In this document: positions 59,707-64,000 of the stretch, piece by piece
How positions within the stretch are numbered: the first letter of the stretch is position 1
How the letters are laid out: every line of letters begins with the position of its first letter
Assembly (NCBI GenBank): GCA_002269645.1
Contig: NIVC01002277.1
Coordinates: 1 to 64,000, forward strand
Reading direction: 5' to 3'
DNA length: 64,000 nt
Source of the DNA: Macrostomum lignano
Taxonomy: Eukaryota
Notes under the pieces: model-generated
Told to the model about the DNA's origin: nothing
Seen by the model: the letters and a program-made list of their open reading frames with translations, nothing else
The model's database searches: none
Made by a program: the position numbers and the translations under genes

Positions 59707-62700
59707 ATGCAAGTTACATCCGTTTTCTTAACCATCCTCAATATCAGTGTGCCGTACTTGGTATTTTGTACCTCGCGTGTCATTCAAAATCAAAATACAA
59801 GTAAGTTTTGTGCTTTTTGGATCAGTGCTAATTGATAATGATATACAGAATTCTGCAAACTGCAGCTAGACAGGAACCTGTGTAAACATGAATAAGATTT
59901 TAGATAGCAAGTGCTAATATTATGAGTGGCTTGATTTAAATGTAGTTAAAATTTATAGTTCATATTTTATTACTTAAGGATGCAAATCAACAATGAAACA
60001 TTGACTAAAAATAAGATTCACTTTAGAAATGTTTTAAGCAGTGTCACAATTTAAAATATTTCACTTGAATTTGAAGTTTATTTTCTTATACTAAAAGAAT
60101 AAATTCGGGCAACTTAGGAAAATTAATTAGTTATTTTTAGTAAAAAATGTATTGCAGAGTGTTCACTTAATCTTTAATAATGTCTCAGAAATTATTGCCA
60201 ACGTGTGGTCAAATGTTCATAATTTAATTACAATTTATTTAATCATAGGCTAAGAGCGTGCATTGTAAAAATAGATTGATTAACTCATATTCTTGAATCT
60301 GAAGCAGGCAGTCCGAGCACTTCACCTTTGCCATCGGACAGAGCAAACGAATCAATAAAGCCAGGCTCTGAAAGTGCAACAACATTGAAACTGCCGCCGT
60401 CCACTGAATCAATAATCTCCCCGGATGCATCTGATACGTCTTCGAGACCTGCGCTGACAACAGAAGCAGCTACATCGCCAACAAGCACTCCAAAGCCATT
60501 CACAGTCACTATTTTGCCAGCGTCACCAGCCAACCATGCTAAACTGACGCCGTCAACAACTGAAAAATCTGTAGAACTGCTTGCGTCCCCAACTGCAGCA
60601 ACTGATGCGCCTGTGGCGTCACCAGCTGGGCCCAACGTCCAGTCAGAGAATTCGACGTCAAATGTCACGAAGTGTCAACAAAATTCTACTGCAAATTTGA
60701 AATTGTCGGCTTTCTGGGTGCAGACTGGTGAGTCCTTGATTGGTGCTAGTTAGTGACTGCGATAAATGATTATGGTGCTAGAGACTGGGTAGGGCAAGAG
60801 TGCCAAGCCCACATTGGCTGGCAAGAGTACATTTATATGGCACCCTTGGTGCTGGCGCCCCTGGTGCTGGCGCCCCTGTTGCTGGCGCCCCTGGTGCTGG
60901 CGCCCCTGTTGCTGGCGCCCCTGTTGCTGGCGCCCCTGGTGCTGGCGCCCCTGTTGCTGGCGCCCCTGGTGCTGGCGCCCCTGTTGCTGACGCCCCTGGT
61001 GCTGGCGCCCCTGGTGCTGGCGCCCCTGGTGCTGGCGCCCCTGGTGCTGGCGCCCCTGGTGCTGGCGCCCCTGGTGCTGGCGCCCCTGGTGCTGGCGCCC
61101 CTGGTGCTGGCGCCCCTGGTGCTGGCGCCCCTGGTACTGGCGCCCCTGGTACTGGCGCCCCTGGTGCTGGCGCCCCTGGTGCTGGCGCCCCTGGTGCTGG
61201 CGCCCCTGGTGCTGGCGCCCCTGGTGCTGGCGCCCCTGGTGCTGGCGCCCCTGGTGCTGGCGCCCCTGGTGCTGGCGCCCCTGGTGCTGGCGCCCCTGGT
61301 GCTGGCGCCCCTGGTGCTGGCGCCCCTGGTGCTGGCGCCCCTGGTGCTGGCGCCCCTGGTGCTGGCGCCCCTGGTGCTGGCGCCCCTGGTGCTGGCGCCC
61401 CTGGTGCTGGCGCCCCTGTTGCTAAAGCCAAGAAGCAATCTTTATATGGACTACTCGTAATTAAACTGATCAGTTTCTTGTTTACAAAACGCCATCTCAA
61501 CCTCAAATTTGCAGACTTACAATCTGTTCCCATTGAAACTAATGTATCGTCGTGCCCATGGCAGTTTGAAGTGACAGCCAGACTGCGGAAATTGTTTGAA
61601 ATTGTTACAGTTGGACAGGATGGTGGAAATGTCACTTTACAGGTACAAGTGAGTGAATGGCCTTACATTGTCTTTGCTTTTCCATTGCCACATTTATCTG
61701 GTAGATGTAGCGTATCTTCTTCTAGGATGGGAGGCCCGTGCTTGGGGTGAGGGGTGGCGGGGTTCGGAATGGGCAGGGAGCAGGGAGTGAGGTGGCTGTG
61801 GGGTGGCGGGGTTTGGAATGGGGCAGGAGGGAGGTGGTTGCGGGATGGCGGGGTTTGGAATCGGCAGGGAGTGAGGTGGCTGTGGGGTGGCGGGGTTTGG
61901 AATGGGCAGGGAGGGAGACGGCTGCGGGATGGCGGGGTTCGGAATGGGCAGGGAGGGAGGTGGCTGCGGGATGGCGGGGTTCGGAATGGGCAGGGAGTGA
62001 GGTGGCTGTGGGGTGGCGGGGTTTGGAATGGGCAGGGAGGGAGACGGCTGCGGGATGGCGGGGTTCGGAATGGTACAGGGAGTGAGGGTCTGGAACGGGC
62101 TTGCTTAGGCCTAGACTTGCTCAATGACTGCACTCTCTATACTCGTACCCACCAGTTGATGTCTTCCACTAACCGGGGCGGAAACTTCACCCAACAAGTT
62201 CGCCTAGTCTATGCAGTCCGACTCGACGGTGCCTACGTTTCAGCCACCCGATGCGCAGCTTTGATCAACAAGCGTATCACAGCCGATAGGGCCTCCCAAC
62301 TGCTGGGCTATAGGGTTTATCTGCCAATTGCGACAGGTGAGTGAGTGACTGTAATCTTATTGTCCCTAATCCATCCATAGAGTACATTAGTTCGCTTGCT
62401 ATCCTGCAGCTGTGCTTGCCGAGTCGTCCTCGACGATAAACAGCGCCGGCGAGACTGCTGGCTCGCACTGGCTTCAGCTGGCCATCGCTGTTGCCGGCGC
62501 GTCCGGCTTCGTCGCTGTCGCTGTCTGCCTCGTCGCCTCGTCTGTGCTGGCGTTGTACTTCGGCTGTCGACGACTGCGACAGAGCCAGTACGACGGCAGT
62601 CGACGGCGAGGATCAAATTGCCAGCGACGTCAGCGTCGTCGGCAGCGGAGACGGCAGCGTCGCCGGCAAGGCCCCGGCTGGTCGTCGGGCTACGACGGCG

Positions 62701-62798
62701 GATCTGCCGAGGACGACGACGATGACGACAGCGAGGACGAAGTGCGGATGCCGGCGGGGTCGACCTGGCCAGTGCTGGCGCACATGCGAGCGGTATGA
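59707..62798 (+). CDS. Type I membrane protein: signal peptide, S/T/P-rich stalk, SEA-like KIAA1549/DUF3827-like module, TM, basic-then-acidic tail; about 403 aa; exons 59707-59800, 60308-60727, 61515-61642 (or 61648), 62156-62336, 62410-62798
   Basis: Phase-consistent GT-AG splicing (1,1,0,1). Signal-like MQVTSVFLTILNISVPYLVFC; module VRLVYAVRLDGAYVSATRCAALINKRITADRASQLLGYRVYLPIA; TM LAIAVAGASGFVAVAVCLVASSVLALYFGC followed by RRLR. A GTATGA donor at 62793 means the C-terminus may continue. Confidence 0.75.
60845..61424. repeat. 15-bp GC-rich minisatellite (GGTGCTGGCGCCCCT), about 39 copies, intronic
   Basis: Lies inside intron 60728-61514. Confidence 0.95.
61745..62085. repeat. About 43-bp G-rich minisatellite, about 8 copies, intronic
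   Basis: GGGAGTGAGGTGGCTGTGGGGTGGCGGGGTTTGGAATGGGCAG-type units inside intron 61643-62155. Confidence 0.9.
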
Positions 62799-62864
62799 TG
62801 ACGTCATCAGACTTAGTAGTACAGTAAAGCACTGTCAGGCGAAGCTCCAGTTAAAAAGCCTGTT

Positions 62865-63050
62865 TTGGTGTAGTTGGCTGTCGTTCGAGTCACAGCCATG
62901 AGGGCCAACCTCCAAGGCACAGAGAGTGTACATGCCTGACGATTAGAAATTCAAAGTGCCAATGTACACCCTGTGTGAGCGTGTTTGAGTGCGTGCCCGC
63001 GTACAGTATTGGCTCGCTTGCATTGTGCTCAGGGGTCAGCGGAAATCATT
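62865..63050 (+). mobile_element. tRNA-derived SINE copy
   Basis: A-box-like TGGTGTAGTTGG, GTTCGAGTC, then GAGAGTGTACATGCCTGACGATTAGAAA...TGTACACCCTGTGTGAGC...GTGCTCAGGGGTCAGCGGAA. Confidence 0.78.
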
Positions 63051-63689
63051 GCTTTTTTGGCTCTCGTAGGCAGTCAAGCTGATCAATCAAAACTTTTCAC
63101 GCCAAGTTTAAAGCTTCGCCGCCAAGAATCGATCCCGGGACCTATGTAGGTGAGGATTTCCGGGATGAAGTCCCCTCAAAAGAAAGTGTAAAAAATCACT
63201 GAAATATTAATGGTACGGAGATCCTTGCTGCACTCTTCTGCTGTATCTTTCCAGTTCTACTAAAAGAAGACGGAGAGAGCCAAACCAGAAGCCACAGGAT
63301 GCCCGCCATCGGGTGCTTTCAGCTCGTGTTCCCCTCTGGATTTGTGGATTTAATCCCGCCCTGGGGGGACTAGAAAAATGGTTCCGCTTTATCCCCAAGC
63401 GGCACTGTAAACGCGCGGTGGAGAAAAGAATTTTCCCAAAACCATTTTCTTTCTCGTTTTCTCTCGCGGGACCCGAAAGATTTGTGAAATCCCCCACTCT
63501 GATCCACGGCTGCCAAGCGCTCGGGGATGCCTCGGTCGATTCGTTTCTCGGTTGCCTCGACAGGGCGAAGGTGTTCAATGGACCTTTAGATACTTTTTGA
63601 TAATCCTTAGAAGCATTGGGAAGAAACTATTGCCTCTGGGAGTTGGAATTTTCAGTATCGGTTAGTTATCGTGTCACTCTTGTGCCAGT

Positions 63690-64000
63690 GGTCCTGGTTT
63701 CGATTCCTTGCCACTCTGGCCGCAGGCACTTTTTAGAGTCACTAGCATCCTTGAGGTCCCGATCCTTGGGGTTCGATTCCTTCCTAGTGTGGCCATTGGT
63801 ACTCTCGAAGTCCCTTGCGACCATGAGGTCCCGGGTTCGAATCCTTCCCACTGCAGACATTGGTAGATACTCTCGGAGTCACTAGCGACCATGAGGTCCC
63901 GGGTTCGATTCCTTCCCACTGCAGCCATTTGGTACTCTTGGAGTCACTAGCGACTATGAAGTCCCGGGTTCGAATCCTTCCCAGTGTAGCCATTGGTACT
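63690..64000 (+). repeat. tRNA-derived tandem repeat (64-74 bp units, each with a B-box), cut by the window end
   Basis: GGTTCGA(A/T)TCC at 63770, 63834, 63902, 63967 and a variant at 63696, each preceded by a tRNA-like AGGTCCCG and an A-box-like TGGCCATTGGT. Confidence 0.85.

Noticed and set aside
60778-61750. GAPGA/elastin- or silk-like ORFs (316, 285, 235, 201 aa)
   Set aside because: All frames are open only because a stop-free 15-bp unit repeats; the array lies inside a well-defined GT-AG intron (60728-61514).
62799-62806. Isolated CRE palindromes at 2872 and 62799
   Set aside because: About one is expected by chance in 64 kb and there is no supporting promoter context.
63690-64000. 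Functional tRNA gene cluster
   Set aside because: No 7-bp acceptor stem, 6-nt rather than 7-nt anticodon loop, incomplete T stem, overlapping units.

Overview
Eukaryotic (animal) genomic DNA with spliceosomal introns and a very high load of tandem repeats. The style (GC-rich, Q/A-rich exons, minisatellite-filled introns, GATA/CTGT microsatellites) suggests a free-living flatworm such as Macrostomum, which is inference only. Six protein-coding genes were reconstructed by hand from splice signals: a BHLHE22/23 (Beta3/Olig-family) bHLH factor (+, 2 exons); cytosolic asparaginyl-tRNA synthetase (-, 5 exons, no in-frame start codon in its first exon); a 647-aa disordered protein with a C-terminal RRM (-, 5 coding exons, one GC-AG intron); a divergent PDE9-like phosphodiesterase whose catalytic domain sits in one exon (-); an orphan peptide-type class A GPCR (-, 2 exons); and a mucin-like single-pass membrane protein with a KIAA1549/SEA-like module (+, 5 exons). 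Non-genic content includes more than 20 micro/minisatellite arrays (largest: 7.2 kb of 23-bp units), a tRNA-derived SINE family (about 6 copies), MITEs, LINE relics, a truncated Crypton-type tyrosine-recombinase ORF among hairpin modules, and a tRNA-derived satellite at the window end. Best leads: (1) a sharply bounded 6-kb transposon graveyard (13.7-19.9 kb) almost free of CpG and enriched in TpA, resembling RIP-like hypermutation; (2) AsnRS appears to need a start codon supplied in trans (flatworm spliced-leader AUG) and may be the downstream cistron of an operon with the RRM gene; (3) a CGATA-dyad motif confined to that locus; (4) the Crypton relic; (5) a dense STAT/BCL6-type site cluster. 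All alignments and counts are manual; no database searches were run.
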